From an uncultured Nitrospinota bacterium (GTDB lineage Bacteria; Tectomicrobia; Entotheonellia; J063; CAVPRW01), in contig CAVPRW010000031.1 of the NCBI GenBank assembly GCA_963707985.1, forward strand, positions 1-64,000: a DNA stretch of 64,000 nucleotides, read 5' to 3'. The number at the start of each line of letters is the position of its first letter. Positions within the stretch are counted from its first letter, which is position 1. Shown here piece after piece: positions 1-10,094 of this stretch. A program made the position numbers and the translations under genes. The notes under the pieces were generated by a model. The model worked only from the letters and a program-made list of their open reading frames with translations, was not told the DNA's origin and made no database searches.

Positions 1-99
1 AGCCTTGAGTGACGCGTCGTTCTTGGTCCCTACCAGGATTGATCTATAGTGAGCACAGGTGGGGGCTGTCGTGGGCTCCCGCCCGAGAAGGAGGAAGCT

Positions 100-546
100 A
101 TGAGCGAGCTGTTGACGCTAGAAGAAGCTGCAGCCAAGGTCAAGGTCAAGCCCCGAACGGTCCTGGACTGGCTGCAGAAAGGGAAGCTGGACGGTGTGAA
201 GGTGGGCAAACAGTGGCGGATTCCGGCTGACAACCTGGAGGCATTCATCCGGCCCGCAACGGCGGAGCCCTTCCAGCTGAGGGAGCCCGAAGAGGCCGCG
301 CCCACCGGGCAGGCTCCCCCTGTCGAGTGCATGGCTACGCTACTCGCCCTGGTCAAGACCCTGGTTCCAGAAGGCGAGCGGGTCTACTTGCGGGACAAAG
401 GTATCCCTGAGCTGCCCCTGGGCGCGCTGAACGCCATCCTTGAGACCCAGGGGTACAGGGATAGACGCCGCAAAGGTACGCGACCGACAGCGGCAGGTGG
501 CGTGCATGGGCCGGGATGGTCGCGTGGAGTCGTTCGGACTCTTTGA
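100..546 (+). CDS. Helix-turn-helix DNA-binding protein, excisionase/MerR-like (HTH_17) N-terminus
   Basis: ATG at 100 after GGAGG RBS; N-terminus LLTLEEAAAKVKVKPRTVLDWLQKGKLDGVKVGKQWRIP is a typical excisionase HTH; lies directly upstream of an integrase. Confidence 0.75.
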   Translation: MSELLTLEEAAAKVKVKPRTVLDWLQKGKLDGVKVGKQWRIPADNLEAFIRPATAEPFQLREPEEAAPTGQAPPVECMATLLALVKTLVPEGERVYLRDKGIPELPLGALNAILETQGYRDRRRKGTRPTAAGGVHGPGWSRGVVRTL

Positions 547-657
547 GCTACGGACCACAAAGGAGTGACCGATGTTCTATACGGGGGTGTGACTGGGCGT
601 CATCCGGGCCATCGTGGCGCGGGGGAGGCGTTCACCATGAACGGGGAGGGAACAACT

Positions 658-1762
658 ATGGCGGTGTTCAAGAAGCAAGGTGTCTATTGGATTGACTATT
701 ATGTCTCTGGCCAGCGCAAGCGAGAGCGCATTGGGCCAAGCAGGCGACAGGTTGAGACGGTATTGCAGAAGCGCAAAGTCGAGATTGCAGAAGGGAAGTT
801 CCTGGACTAGAAGCGACCTGTTACCACCACCTTTAATGAGCTGGCCGACACCTACTATGCTTACGTGGTAAACCAGCAATGGAAGCGCTTATGGGCACGT
901 GATCGCACCAACATCAGAGCCTTGACAGGTTATTTCGGAGGGAAACGCCTGACAGACATCACGCCAGCGAGCATCGAGCAGTATCGAGCGTGGCGGAGAG
1001 AAAGCGTGTCTCGTCGGGGCCAGGCTCCGACGCCAGCAACGCTGAACCGAGAGCTAGCCTGCCTCAAGCGCATGTTCAATGTTGCAATCAAGGGGCTTCT
1101 GGTCCTAAAGGGTGGCGTGCCTGCTAGCAATCCGGCAGCCAGCGTGAGCCTAGAGCGTGAGACCAAGGAGCGTGATCGCGTGTTCAGCTCCAGCGAGTTT
1201 CAGGCCCTCATGAACGTAGCGCCCGCGCACCTCAAGGCCATCTTGCTCACGGCCTACCATACAGGCTTGCGCAGGAGCGAGATTCTAGGCTTGACCTGGG
1301 ACCGCGTGGACCTGAAGGCGAGCGTGATCAGGCTCCGGCCAGAGGACACGAAGACACGGGAAGGGCGCACGATCCCGCTGACAAAAGAGTTGTCTGGGAC
1401 GCTCGGAAACGTTACAATCTACCTGGATGCAGAGCGGCCAGCGCGTGCCCTATGTGTTTACCTATGCAGGCCGAAGGATCGGCTCTGTGCGACGTGCTTT
1501 TGAGACGGCCTGTCGTGCGGCAGGCATCAGTGATGCCGTGTTTCATGACCTCCGCCATACGTTCGTGACCAACATGCGACGTGCAGGCGTGGACTACTTC
1601 CGCATCATGGCCATTACTGGGCACAAAACGATGTCGGTTTTCAAGCGGTATAACACGATTGACCACCAGGATTTGCAGCACGCCATCGGCCAACTAGACA
1701 CCTATATGGACACCACCACTCAAAGTGCTGGCCCGCAGGTCTCGCAAACCATTGAAAACTAA
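658..1762 (+). pseudogene. Tyrosine recombinase/phage integrase, interrupted (in-frame TAG at 808-810, frameshift near 1430)
   Basis: Arm-binding N-terminus (YWIDYYVSGQRKRERIG), TGLRRSEIL box I, FHDLRHTF box II and GHKT...RY catalytic end are spread over ORFs 565-810, 865-1503 and 1427-1762. Confidence 0.85.
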
Positions 1763-1766
1763 CCAT

Positions 1767-1840
1767 GCCCCCGTAGCTCAGGCGGATAGAGCAAGGGATT
1801 CCTAATCCCTGTGCCGGGAGTTCAAGTCTCCCCGGGGGTA
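1767..1840 (+). tRNA. tRNA-Arg (anticodon CCT)
   Basis: Cloverleaf: acceptor GCCCCCG/CGGGGGT, D arm GCTC..GAGC, anticodon stem AGGGA-TTCCTAA-TCCCT, T arm GGGAG-TTCAAGT-CTCCC; CCA not encoded. Confidence 0.95.
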
Positions 1841-1852
1841 CTTATCTGGCGC

Positions 1853-2770
1853 GGCGGTGTCAACTTATTCGCCCTGATGACATCATCGGTCGGAAAGCTG
1901 GAAAGGTTGCACTTCATTCGGCCCTTAGGCGGCCTTACCGTACCCGTGACCTCCCGTCAGATCTGGAATCGTTGGGCCATCTCTTGACGGTACTCGGAGG
2001 CAGGGAGGAGGTGGCGTCGCGGGCGGAAATGCGAGGCGATGCAACCATAGGCTGAGAGGAAGCGTTGTGGGTGCCCGGGGGATTTGAATCGCTGCATACG
2101 TTGCTCTCGCTGACGGGTCGGCTGGTGGGCATTCTCCGCACGGTTGTTGAGGTAGCAGTGCTGCCGGTGTTCCACGCCAGGCAACATCTCCCGCTTCACG
2201 GCACCATAGCTCTGCAATTGATCCGTGATGATCACCCGCGCCACGTACGTCAAGCCCTTCAGCAGCTTGCGGAAGAACTTCTTGGCGGCTTTCTTATCTC
2301 GCCGCCGTTGCACTAGGATGTCGAGCATGTTCCTGTCCTGATCCACCGCTCGCCCCAGATGGTGGCGTTCGCCATTAATGGTCAAAAACACCTCATCCAT
2401 GTGCCACTTCTCGCCCGGCCTGGGGCGCCAGCGCCGGAGAGGATTGGCATACGCTTGTCGGAATTTCTGGCACCACTTCCGGATGGCTTCACAGGTCACG
2501 ATGACCCCGCGAGCAAATAGTAGCTCTTCCGCATCCCGCTACCTCAGGCAGAAGCGGAAGTAGAGCCAGACGCCATGGCTGATGATCTCAGCCGGGAAAC
2601 GATGATGTCTGTGCGGGTTGGTCGACGTGGAGGGGTTCATGGCAGCTCCATAGACTGATACCGATGGATGAGAAGCGCGCACTCCTCACCTGAGGAGCTG
2701 CTTTCATGGAATAAGTATGCCACGCCGTGCGGAGGCTATGCAGAGGAGTAAGGTCAAGTTGACAATGGCC
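1853..2770 (-). mobile_element. IS6-family insertion sequence with degenerate transposase (~2640-1957)
   Basis: HRFPAEIISH..WLYFRF, KWHMDEVF, IITDQLQSY and LNNRAENAHQPTR motifs; imperfect IRs GGCGGTGTCAACTT (1853) and AAGTTGACAATGGCC (2756-2770). Confidence 0.85.
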
Positions 2771-3273
2771 CCGCAGATGCCGGTGACCAGCACCCTGTGA
2801 GACCAAGCGCACAACGCTATCGAGCGGAAATTATTCGCGATGAAGGGATTCCATCATCCGGGTGGCAGCCAACAGGCGTGTCTCACGGGGCTCGCACACT
2901 TGTACATCTTCATTTCTTATCAGCATCGAGCCCAGCATGCCGGCCAGTGTGGCGTGGAAGTGGAAGGCGGACGAGGACCCACCGCAGACTGGGTCCTCAA
3001 TCTGCAGATCCTCACCTCAGGAAGTTTTCGATGAGCGATAACCCGCTCCACCACGTAATTCAGTGGAGTGTGAAACTTTTGACTCGTTTGTTCGGTTCGA
3101 CCCAATCATGTAAGAAACATCCATAGGTAACGGCGGCAAACACGCGCGTGAACGACAAGTTGCGGCCGAGCGGCCTCACGATCGCATGATGACCACATCG
3201 TGCTCCAGGGCTTCTGGGGCAATACGCTGGTCTGCAACCGCTGGCGGCATGGCGACCGTGAGGCGCAGCGCTT

Positions 3274-4800
3274 TTAACCCCTGGATCCCCTGAGATCCTC
3301 CTCCAACTCCAGCTCCTCCACGTCATCGGTCAGATACCCTGAGGCGCGCAGGTACTCGATATATTCTCGATACTCTTCTGCCTCTCGTGCCTGGGAGTAT
3401 ATGATGGCGATCCTCCCAGGCTGAGTCAAGCGCTCTGCCGTCCCCTTGATCACTGCCTTGTCGATCCTCTTCTTGATAATCTCGTACCGAATGTTGTAGG
3501 TCCCATCCAGATCGAATTGTTTTTCATCCGGACGGAATCGAATCGACAGGGGGGTGCTCTGCACGAGGATCAGATGGGCTGTCTCCAGAGGTACCCTCAG
3601 GCTCTCCCTTAACCGGTCCGCTTTCCGGGCCACACCGCACAGGACCATGAGTTGCCACAAGCGGAGATTTCTTAGGTAGAGCTGATCGAACTTTCCCTCC
3701 TCAACCAGGGACGCACCAATGTAGATGCCATAGTCGACGCCATCGCTCTTATGCGTCTCGAAATAGTGGGGGAACATAGCTTGCGCCTTGCCCTCTTCTA
3801 GATCGAGATAGGCGGAGAGGGTCTCGTTGATCAGGGTGACGCTCTCTTCAAAATCCTTCCGCCGCCGATAGAGGACCCCAAGGCCCGGATCGAGGGCCGT
3901 CCGGTAGGCCTCGATGTGCTCGCACACACCAAGGCCGAATGCCTGCAGGTGGTCGAACAGGGATTCGACCTCCCGCCGTAAGAAGTCCAGGAGGGTCGCT
4001 TCATCCCCCGAGCTCAGACCGACCTCCAGCGCCGCGATCTTCATGCCGATGCGATAGGCGAATTCATCGAGAAAGGGAAGAGGCTTCTGGCGATAGGCCA
4101 CGACAAAAATATCTCTGGCTAGATGCAGCTGTTCGAGCAGGTCTGCTTGGATGACCGCCTGGCGTTGCGTCGAGGACCCTCTGATATCGGAGGCGCCGTA
4201 GAGCGCATGGACATTCTCGAACACGATGGGCTCGATCTCCGACAGGACTCCGGCATGCTGTTGCCGGATGAAGTTCAAAGCAGCCTTCCGGAAACGCCAC
4301 TCCACCGAGGGATGGATGGCGGTGTATTTCTCTTTGATGATCGCCTGAACCGTGTGATTGAGTTCCTCCATACTGCGTTTGATGGCCATGGAAAACAGAG
4401 GGAGCACTTCTCCCAATTTCACGGCATGGATCGCATTCAGATCCCCCAGGGTGGGAGATCCCAGATCTAGGGTACCGGTGAGCTCATCTTGGTAGTAAAG
4501 GGGCGCGACAGCCATGTTTCGTACACCTCGCTGCATGATCGCGTCCTCGATCGCAGAACGGGCCGGGTAACTTATCAGGCCTTCAATGATCAACGGCCTC
4601 CCCTCCTGTATCGACCGCGCATAGATGGACCCGGCGAAATCAGCGGTGCTGTAGTAGTCGGAATCGGCGAAGATGCAGTGTCGCTGGAGCTTGCACCCAT
4701 TGCTCAGCAGGAACACCTGGTCCCCCTCGATGGCGGCCAGGCCTAGCAGGAGCTGCGGCCGTCGCAGGAGGGTCCGCAACGATGTGGTCGATATACTCAT
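3274..4800 (-). CDS. GAF-domain-containing protein of unknown function; N-terminus probably truncated, C-terminal frameshift
   Basis: GAF-like segment (GVRNMAVAPLYYQDELTGTLDLGS) plus conserved TAIHPSVEWRF, PHYFE..KSDGVDY and YNIRYEIIKKRIDKA motifs. Confidence 0.65.
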   Translation of the reverse strand: MSISTTSLRTLLRRPQLLLGLAAIEGDQVFLLSNGCKLQRHCIFADSDYYSTADFAGSIYARSIQEGRPLIIEGLISYPARSAIEDAIMQRGVRNMAVAPLYYQDELTGTLDLGSPTLGDLNAIHAVKLGEVLPLFSMAIKRSMEELNHTVQAIIKEKYTAIHPSVEWRFRKAALNFIRQQHAGVLSEIEPIVFENVHALYGASDIRGSSTQRQAVIQADLLEQLHLARDIFVVAYRQKPLPFLDEFAYRIGMKIAALEVGLSSGDEATLLDFLRREVESLFDHLQAFGLGVCEHIEAYRTALDPGLGVLYRRRKDFEESVTLINETLSAYLDLEEGKAQAMFPHYFETHKSDGVDYGIYIGASLVEEGKFDQLYLRNLRLWQLMVLCGVARKADRLRESLRVPLETAHLILVQSTPLSIRFRPDEKQFDLDGTYNIRYEIIKKRIDKAVIKGTAERLTQPGRIAIIYSQAREAEEYREYIEYLRASGYLTDDVEELELEEDLRGSRG

Positions 4801-4824
4801 GCCGCCCTCTGTTCCAGTTGGTAT

Positions 4825-5055
4825 TCATGGTGCGAGCCGCCCAGGCGGTGGGAAGAGGAACGGCTCTAAGCCGCTGGCCTTGAGCAGCGCATCGAACGCG
4901 GCGGTGAATTTGGTGTTCCTGTCATGGAGCAGATACCGCTGAGCCCGCAGAAATCCGTCAAACGGGTCTGTCAACTGTCGGGCACACGGCTGCATGAATG
5001 CGGCAGTCGGGTGCGGGATGATGCCGGCGATCTCGACTCGTCGCCTGCTGACCAT
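4825..5055 (-). mobile_element. Integrase-core (rve/DDE) transposase fragment
   Basis: RRVEIAGI..HPTAAFMQ..ARQLTD..YLLHDRNTKFTAAFDALL. Confidence 0.7.
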
Positions 5056-5182
5056 CGAACGTCATGGGGAATCCCCCAGCAATCACGTATAATGAGGGCA
5101 CGGCAGAGCCATGGCAGCCCTGACGCTACCCCATGGAGGCCAGAACCACCTAGATTGAATGGCACACCAGGAGGGACACACG

Positions 5183-5833
5183 ATGGCTGAACAACACGCA
5201 GCACGTACTGATGACACAGGCGATGCTGCCATATACGTGGTGGCGTATTTCGAAGTCATACCACCGTCGGCGACTGAGGCCGCCGTGCTTCTCAGGCAAT
5301 ACAGCCAGGCAAGTCGCACGGCTGCAGGCCTTGTGGAACTTGAGGTGCTGCAACAGTGCGCTCGACCAGATCATTTTGTGATTGTGGAAGCCTGGCAGGA
5401 TCAGAAGTCCTTCGAAGCCCACGGCAGCGCCGCACACACGCGAGCCATGCACGAACGGCTAGAAACGCTCCGCTGCAGCCCATACGATGAGCGTCTGCAC
5501 CATGGTTTTATCCTTGCCGCTGCACCAGCCTCGCGTCCCACAGGAGCTATCTATGCCGTGACACACGCTGATGCTATTCCACCAGCCAAGGATGAGGCCA
5601 TGCTGTGTTTAAAGCAGTTGGCAGAGGTGAGCCGTCATGATGACGGCAATGTGCGTTTCGAGGTGCTGCAACAACGTAGTCGGCTGAATCATTTCACCAT
5701 TGTGGAAATCTGGCGGGACCAGAAGGCCCTCGAAGTCCATGCGATGGCGGCACACACACGGCAATTTCGCGAGCAGTTTCAGCCCATGAGTGGCAGCTTG
5801 TATGATGAGCGGCTGTACATGGCGCTCGAATAG
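5183..5833 (+). CDS. Tandem ABM (antibiotic biosynthesis monooxygenase-like) domain protein
   Basis: Two repeats of ..HFVIVEAW.DQK.FEAH..AAHTR......SPYDERL. Confidence 0.8.
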   Translation: MAEQHAARTDDTGDAAIYVVAYFEVIPPSATEAAVLLRQYSQASRTAAGLVELEVLQQCARPDHFVIVEAWQDQKSFEAHGSAAHTRAMHERLETLRCSPYDERLHHGFILAAAPASRPTGAIYAVTHADAIPPAKDEAMLCLKQLAEVSRHDDGNVRFEVLQQRSRLNHFTIVEIWRDQKALEVHAMAAHTRQFREQFQPMSGSLYDERLYMALE

Positions 5834-5851
5834 GTGATGATCACGCGCCCG

Positions 5852-6547
5852 CTACAGGTGCTGGGTCAAGCCACCATCGACCGGGAACACCTGTCCGGTC
5901 ACATAGCCGACAGCCGTGCCTGCAAGCCACACGGCAATTGGTCCGACGTCCGCTGCGACGCCAGCACGCTTGATGATGGGAAATCGCAGGGCGCGATTGG
6001 CCTCCTCATCAGAACAGTCAAGGCGGTCGTGCATCCACTCCATCCATCCCAGCGCGATGCCATTGATGGAGATTCCCTCGGGTGCAATCTCCTGGGCCAG
6101 GGCACGGATCATGTTGTGCACGGCGCCATGGGCCGCGGCATAAACGCTGGTGTTGGGCAAGCCACGTTCGCCGAGGACGTGGGTGACCAGTACAATATTT
6201 CCACCCTGCCCCTGCTGGCGCATGACCTCAATACCCGCCTGGCAGGCATAGAACTGGTGTGCGTAATTAGCCATCAGCACTTCTGTCAGTTCGTCAGCGG
6301 TGATGGTGCTGATCGGTTTGGCCAAGAAACGGTCGGCGGCGCTGGCGAGAATCTGCAAGCCGCCCATGTCCACCGCGACGCGCTTCACGGCCTGAGCGAT
6401 GTCGCTGGCGCTCAGCGTGTTCAGACGTGTGACGCGCGCCCCAGCCTCGGCGTAGGCCTCGGCGACCGCCTGGCCTGGGGGCGTCTCGGCGCTGAGGACC
6501 AGCGCGTTACGGCCGGTGAGATCAAAATGCTCGACAGCATTGGCCAT
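5852..6547 (-). CDS. SDR family oxidoreductase
   Basis: SDR fold; YAAAH in place of YxxxK; C-terminal VTGQVFPVDGG. Confidence 0.8.
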   Translation of the reverse strand: MANAVEHFDLTGRNALVLSAETPPGQAVAEAYAEAGARVTRLNTLSASDIAQAVKRVAVDMGGLQILASAADRFLAKPISTITADELTEVLMANYAHQFYACQAGIEVMRQQGQGGNIVLVTHVLGERGLPNTSVYAAAHGAVHNMIRALAQEIAPEGISINGIALGWMEWMHDRLDCSDEEANRALRFPIIKRAGVAADVGPIAVWLAGTAVGYVTGQVFPVDGGLTQHL

Positions 6548-6559
6548 CGCCCCCCCTTG

Positions 6560-7381
6560 TCAGTCTTCCAAGTTATGCCGCGGCAGGAATCCCGTTGGTC
6601 CGAGACCGCCAGCGAGGCCGCCGCCATCGATGATGAAGCTCTGGCCGGTGATATACTGCGAGGCGTCGGAAGCCAGGAACACGCACAGCGGCCCCAGCTC
6701 CCACCATTCGCCGAGACGTCGGACCGGCACCATCTGTCCGTGTCGTTTGGCCGATTCAGCCTCGCGCTCGTTGGTGGGCGGTCCCTTCAGCACAAAGCCG
6801 GGAATGATCACGTTGGCCCGTATGTGGTGTGGTCCCAGGATGGTGGCGACCGATTTGGTGAGGGAAATCACCCCACCCTTGGCCGTGGGGTAAGCGAAGT
6901 GACGATTGCCCCGTAACGCCGTTCCAGAGGCGACGTTAATGATCACGCCACCGGCAGCACGGGCTACCATGTGCCGGGCGGCGGCGCGATTACAGTAAAA
7001 GTTGCTCTTCAGGTTGGTGGCGAGCACGTCCTCGAAAGCCTCGTCGGGATATTCCCAAAACTCCCAGTTGCCGCGCGAGCCGCCCCCGCCCCCGGCGTTC
7101 GCCACCATGATGTCAAGCTTGCCGTAGGCGTCGACACAGGCGTCGACCAGGTGGTTCACCTGCGCAGAGTCGGTGACATCGGTCGTCACTGCAAGCGACT
7201 GGCCGCCGGCAGTGCGGATCTCCTCCACGGTCTCCGCGATTTGCCCAGCGGTGCGGGCAGCACACACCACGTCTGCGCCCGCCTGCGCCAGGGCTTTCGC
7301 CATGGCCTTCCCCAGGCCGCGACCGGCACCGGTGACGACCGCGGTTTTACCGTCGAGGCGTAACGTTTCAAGCACGGCCAT
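6560..7381 (-). CDS. SDR family oxidoreductase
   Basis: TGAGRGLG, ANAG, YPTAK and ITGQSFIIDGG motifs. Confidence 0.9.
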   Translation of the reverse strand: MAVLETLRLDGKTAVVTGAGRGLGKAMAKALAQAGADVVCAARTAGQIAETVEEIRTAGGQSLAVTTDVTDSAQVNHLVDACVDAYGKLDIMVANAGGGGGSRGNWEFWEYPDEAFEDVLATNLKSNFYCNRAAARHMVARAAGGVIINVASGTALRGNRHFAYPTAKGGVISLTKSVATILGPHHIRANVIIPGFVLKGPPTNEREAESAKRHGQMVPVRRLGEWWELGPLCVFLASDASQYITGQSFIIDGGGLAGGLGPTGFLPRHNLED

Positions 7382-7546
7382 TCCTCCCTCGCGGGCACTT
7401 CTCCACCCCTTCCCAGGCGGCACTTCACAAGCGCATGATCGACTCAAGGGGCGAACCCGAGCGAAAATAACGGCACGGCACCAACCCCACCCACACCAGG
7501 CTCCGTCTGCACGCACCCATGGGAGGCGCAGGCAGGAGGTCGAGGC

Positions 7547-7885
7547 CTATCCCGCTAGTGGTACCGACAAAGAGGTGCGCGCGTCTGTCCCGATACCCCG
7601 TGTGATATGGCCTTTACCGGTCAGGTCCTCGGCCACGAGGACGTCGCCAGGGACGAGTTGACGCTTGGTACCGTCACCGATTTCGATCTCCATCGCGCCG
7701 GACATGACGACGACGTATTGCCGACGCGGTGCATTATGAAAATCGGAGAAAGACGTGGCCGGTCCCTGATTGACGCGAATCCCTCCGTCCCCGACTTTGG
7801 TGGCCAACGTCGCAAAGGCATCGGGATCAAGGTCCTGAAAATGCGTTTGGTTATCAGCTCCAGTGTAGATGCGGACGATTTTCAT
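7547..7885 (-). CDS. Small cupin-domain protein
   Basis: MKIVRIYTGADNQTHF..FHNAPRRQYVVVMSG..GDVLVAEDLTGKGH. Confidence 0.8.
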   Translation of the reverse strand: MKIVRIYTGADNQTHFQDLDPDAFATLATKVGDGGIRVNQGPATSFSDFHNAPRRQYVVVMSGAMEIEIGDGTKRQLVPGDVLVAEDLTGKGHITRGIGTDARTSLSVPLAG

Positions 7886-8180
7886 GGGAATCCTCCTGCA
7901 CGTGGTAGTCGAGCTTTTGAGCGTGAGTATATGCTGGTGGCTGAGAATAGCGAAGACACTGGCGGCGGTCAAGCTTAAAGCAGTCTAGGCACTGTCTGCC
8001 GCCGTCGTCACGTGTCTGTATTTTCCCTTGACTTCATTGACCGCTCCGTTCAATGATGCGCGTAGATCGATAGCACCTCATAGCATTTTGGCGAGCGCGG
8101 TCACACCATCCGCGGTGAAAGGATGGGAGACACGGCTCGTGACTGAGCATCGGGGTGATGATAAAGGGAGGCTGGTGGTC

Positions 8181-8684
8181 ATGGATGCAGATCAAAAGAA
8201 AACTGCCCTGAGAATGATCCCGTACGGGCTCTATGTGTTGACCGCACAGGATAAGAGCGGGGCACGAACGGCGGCGACGGTCAATTGGGTCACGCAAGCG
8301 TCTTTCGAGCCGCCGCTCGTGGTGGTGGGGGTTAAAGCCGATTCTCATGCGAAGAGCGTCATCGCAGCCTCGGGGACTTTTGCCCTGAATTTTCTCGGCA
8401 AAGGGCAAGAGGGTATTGCCTACGCCTTCTTTAAATCCGTCGAGAGCGATGGTCAACAGATCGGTGGGCAACCTTATCGCGTCGGCACAACTGGTGCGCC
8501 CATCTTGACGGCTATGCCCGCCTTCGTGGAATGTCGAGTGGTCGAGACCGTCGAGAAAGGGGATCATGCCATTGTGGTTGGCGAAGTGGTCGATGCGGGC
8601 ATGGAGCAGCAGCCGGAAGGACGTCCGGACGATGCCATCCTCTGGCTGAAGGATCTTGGCCCTCGCGTCTTCTACGGTGGGTAA
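8181..8684 (+). CDS. Flavin reductase-like protein
   Basis: LRMIPYGLYVLT, WVTQASFEPPLVVV, GDHAIVVGEVVD. Confidence 0.9.
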   Translation: MDADQKKTALRMIPYGLYVLTAQDKSGARTAATVNWVTQASFEPPLVVVGVKADSHAKSVIAASGTFALNFLGKGQEGIAYAFFKSVESDGQQIGGQPYRVGTTGAPILTAMPAFVECRVVETVEKGDHAIVVGEVVDAGMEQQPEGRPDDAILWLKDLGPRVFYGG

Positions 8685-8842
8685 GATGAGCTGATGCTCG
8701 GTTGGTCGATACGGTTGAGGGGTCGGGACCTCTCCTCACGAATCGGGGGAGGACCCGACGCATCTCTCCCCCAAAGGCCTATGTGATCAACTGCAACAAC
8801 GTGTGGACGGACAGAGAGTCAGCTGGGGCAACGGGGGAGCAA

Positions 8843-9330
8843 ATGCGCAGAGTGTGGCACTTTCTGTACTCCTGCTGTGGGTCTCTCCTCATGATTGGGG
8901 TGTTACTGGCAATCGGTACTCACGTACTGGCGGGTGCACCGATGAACGCCCCTCGCCAATCGGCCCATTTCGGAGAGCGACGTCTCACCTCACAGTCGGC
9001 CGCTGACGCATGCGCAACTGCTGGATGAGTATCTAGCCAGGCTGCAAGAGCAGCTCAAACTGGAGACGAGGTCAATCGAGGAATCAGGACTTGTGGAAGT
9101 CAAACTGACGATTCGCAAGGATGGCTCGGTGACCTTCGCTGAAATCGTCGTGTTGGACGGACCGGCTACCCTGCGCAACGACCTTCTCCCCTTGGTAAAC
9201 CAACTAGCGCCGTTACCACCACCGCCGATCGAGGCCGATATCCTCAACGTGAGCATGCTTCTGCCCTTGCGCTACCCTGGCCCAGACCTCCTGGACTCAA
9301 TCGACCAGAACGCCTTGAGCGGGTCGATCG
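8843..9330 (+). CDS. Secreted/membrane protein with a TonB-C-terminal-like domain, frameshifted near 9010
   Basis: Hydrophobic N-terminus in one frame; G.VEVKLTIRKDGSV..EIV...LAPLPPPP in another; true end uncertain. Confidence 0.45.
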
Positions 9331-9425
9331 TTACACGTCGGGAGGGAAGATCCAGGCTTGCAACAGTGGGCGGTTGTATGCTACCGTCGACCACAGGGTC
9401 CAACATTGTGCACAGGAGGGAGACC

Positions 9426-9926
9426 ATGGGCTACACACCGAAATATCTCGGGCACGTCAATATCTTTGTGCGGAACGCCGAGCGCTCCCAACACTGGTAT
9501 GCAGATATCCTCGGTTTGCATACCTACGACTTCATTCCCGGTCGTGCGGCGTTCTTGTCGGCCGATCTGGAGCAGTCTCACGAAGTGGCGCTCATTCAAG
9601 TGGGTGATGATGCGCCTGCGCAACAGAAGGGGCAGGTTGGCCTGAATCATATGGCCTGGATGATGGACAGCCTCGACGATTTGAAAGAGGTCTACCAACG
9701 CCTCAAAGACAAGAATGTCCCGATCGATCGGGTTTCCGACCATGGCATCTCGGTGGGCATCTATTTCCACGATCCCGACGGCAACGGCATCGAAGTCTCT
9801 TACGAGTTACCCAGGAGTCAATGGCCCCGAGAGGATCGCGTTTTTTCCGCTGAAGACCGAATGCATGGACGTTTCCCCGGCCCATGGGAGGAGCACATGG
9901 CTGAGCGACAGACGGTCGCGCGCTAA
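9426..9926 (+). CDS. VOC/glyoxalase family protein
   Basis: RBS GGAGGG; LGHVNIFVRN, GLNHMAW, IYFHDPDGNGIE. Confidence 0.9.
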   Translation: MGYTPKYLGHVNIFVRNAERSQHWYADILGLHTYDFIPGRAAFLSADLEQSHEVALIQVGDDAPAQQKGQVGLNHMAWMMDSLDDLKEVYQRLKDKNVPIDRVSDHGISVGIYFHDPDGNGIEVSYELPRSQWPREDRVFSAEDRMHGRFPGPWEEHMAERQTVAR

Positions 9927-10094
9927 CGGCGGTGTGCTGAGACCCCTAGCCAGTCTGGCGACCCTGCATGCCGGGCTCTCCCAGAGTGGAGAGCCCGGGC
10001 TGATGAGCCTGATACCTTCTTCAGAACCCTACCTTGTGGGTGTGAATCCGCACTCTGAAACTCATTACATGCCACCTCAATCCGGAGAACCGTT

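Noticed and set aside
808..810. Programmed amber readthrough in the integrase
   Set aside because: The gene also has a frameshift and other genes use TAG as a normal stop; decay or error is simpler.
5834..6916. Long antisense ORFs (also 18694-19761, 38738-40078, 59139-60110)
   Set aside because: Shadows of well-supported genes on the opposite strand in GC-rich DNA, with no motifs of their own.
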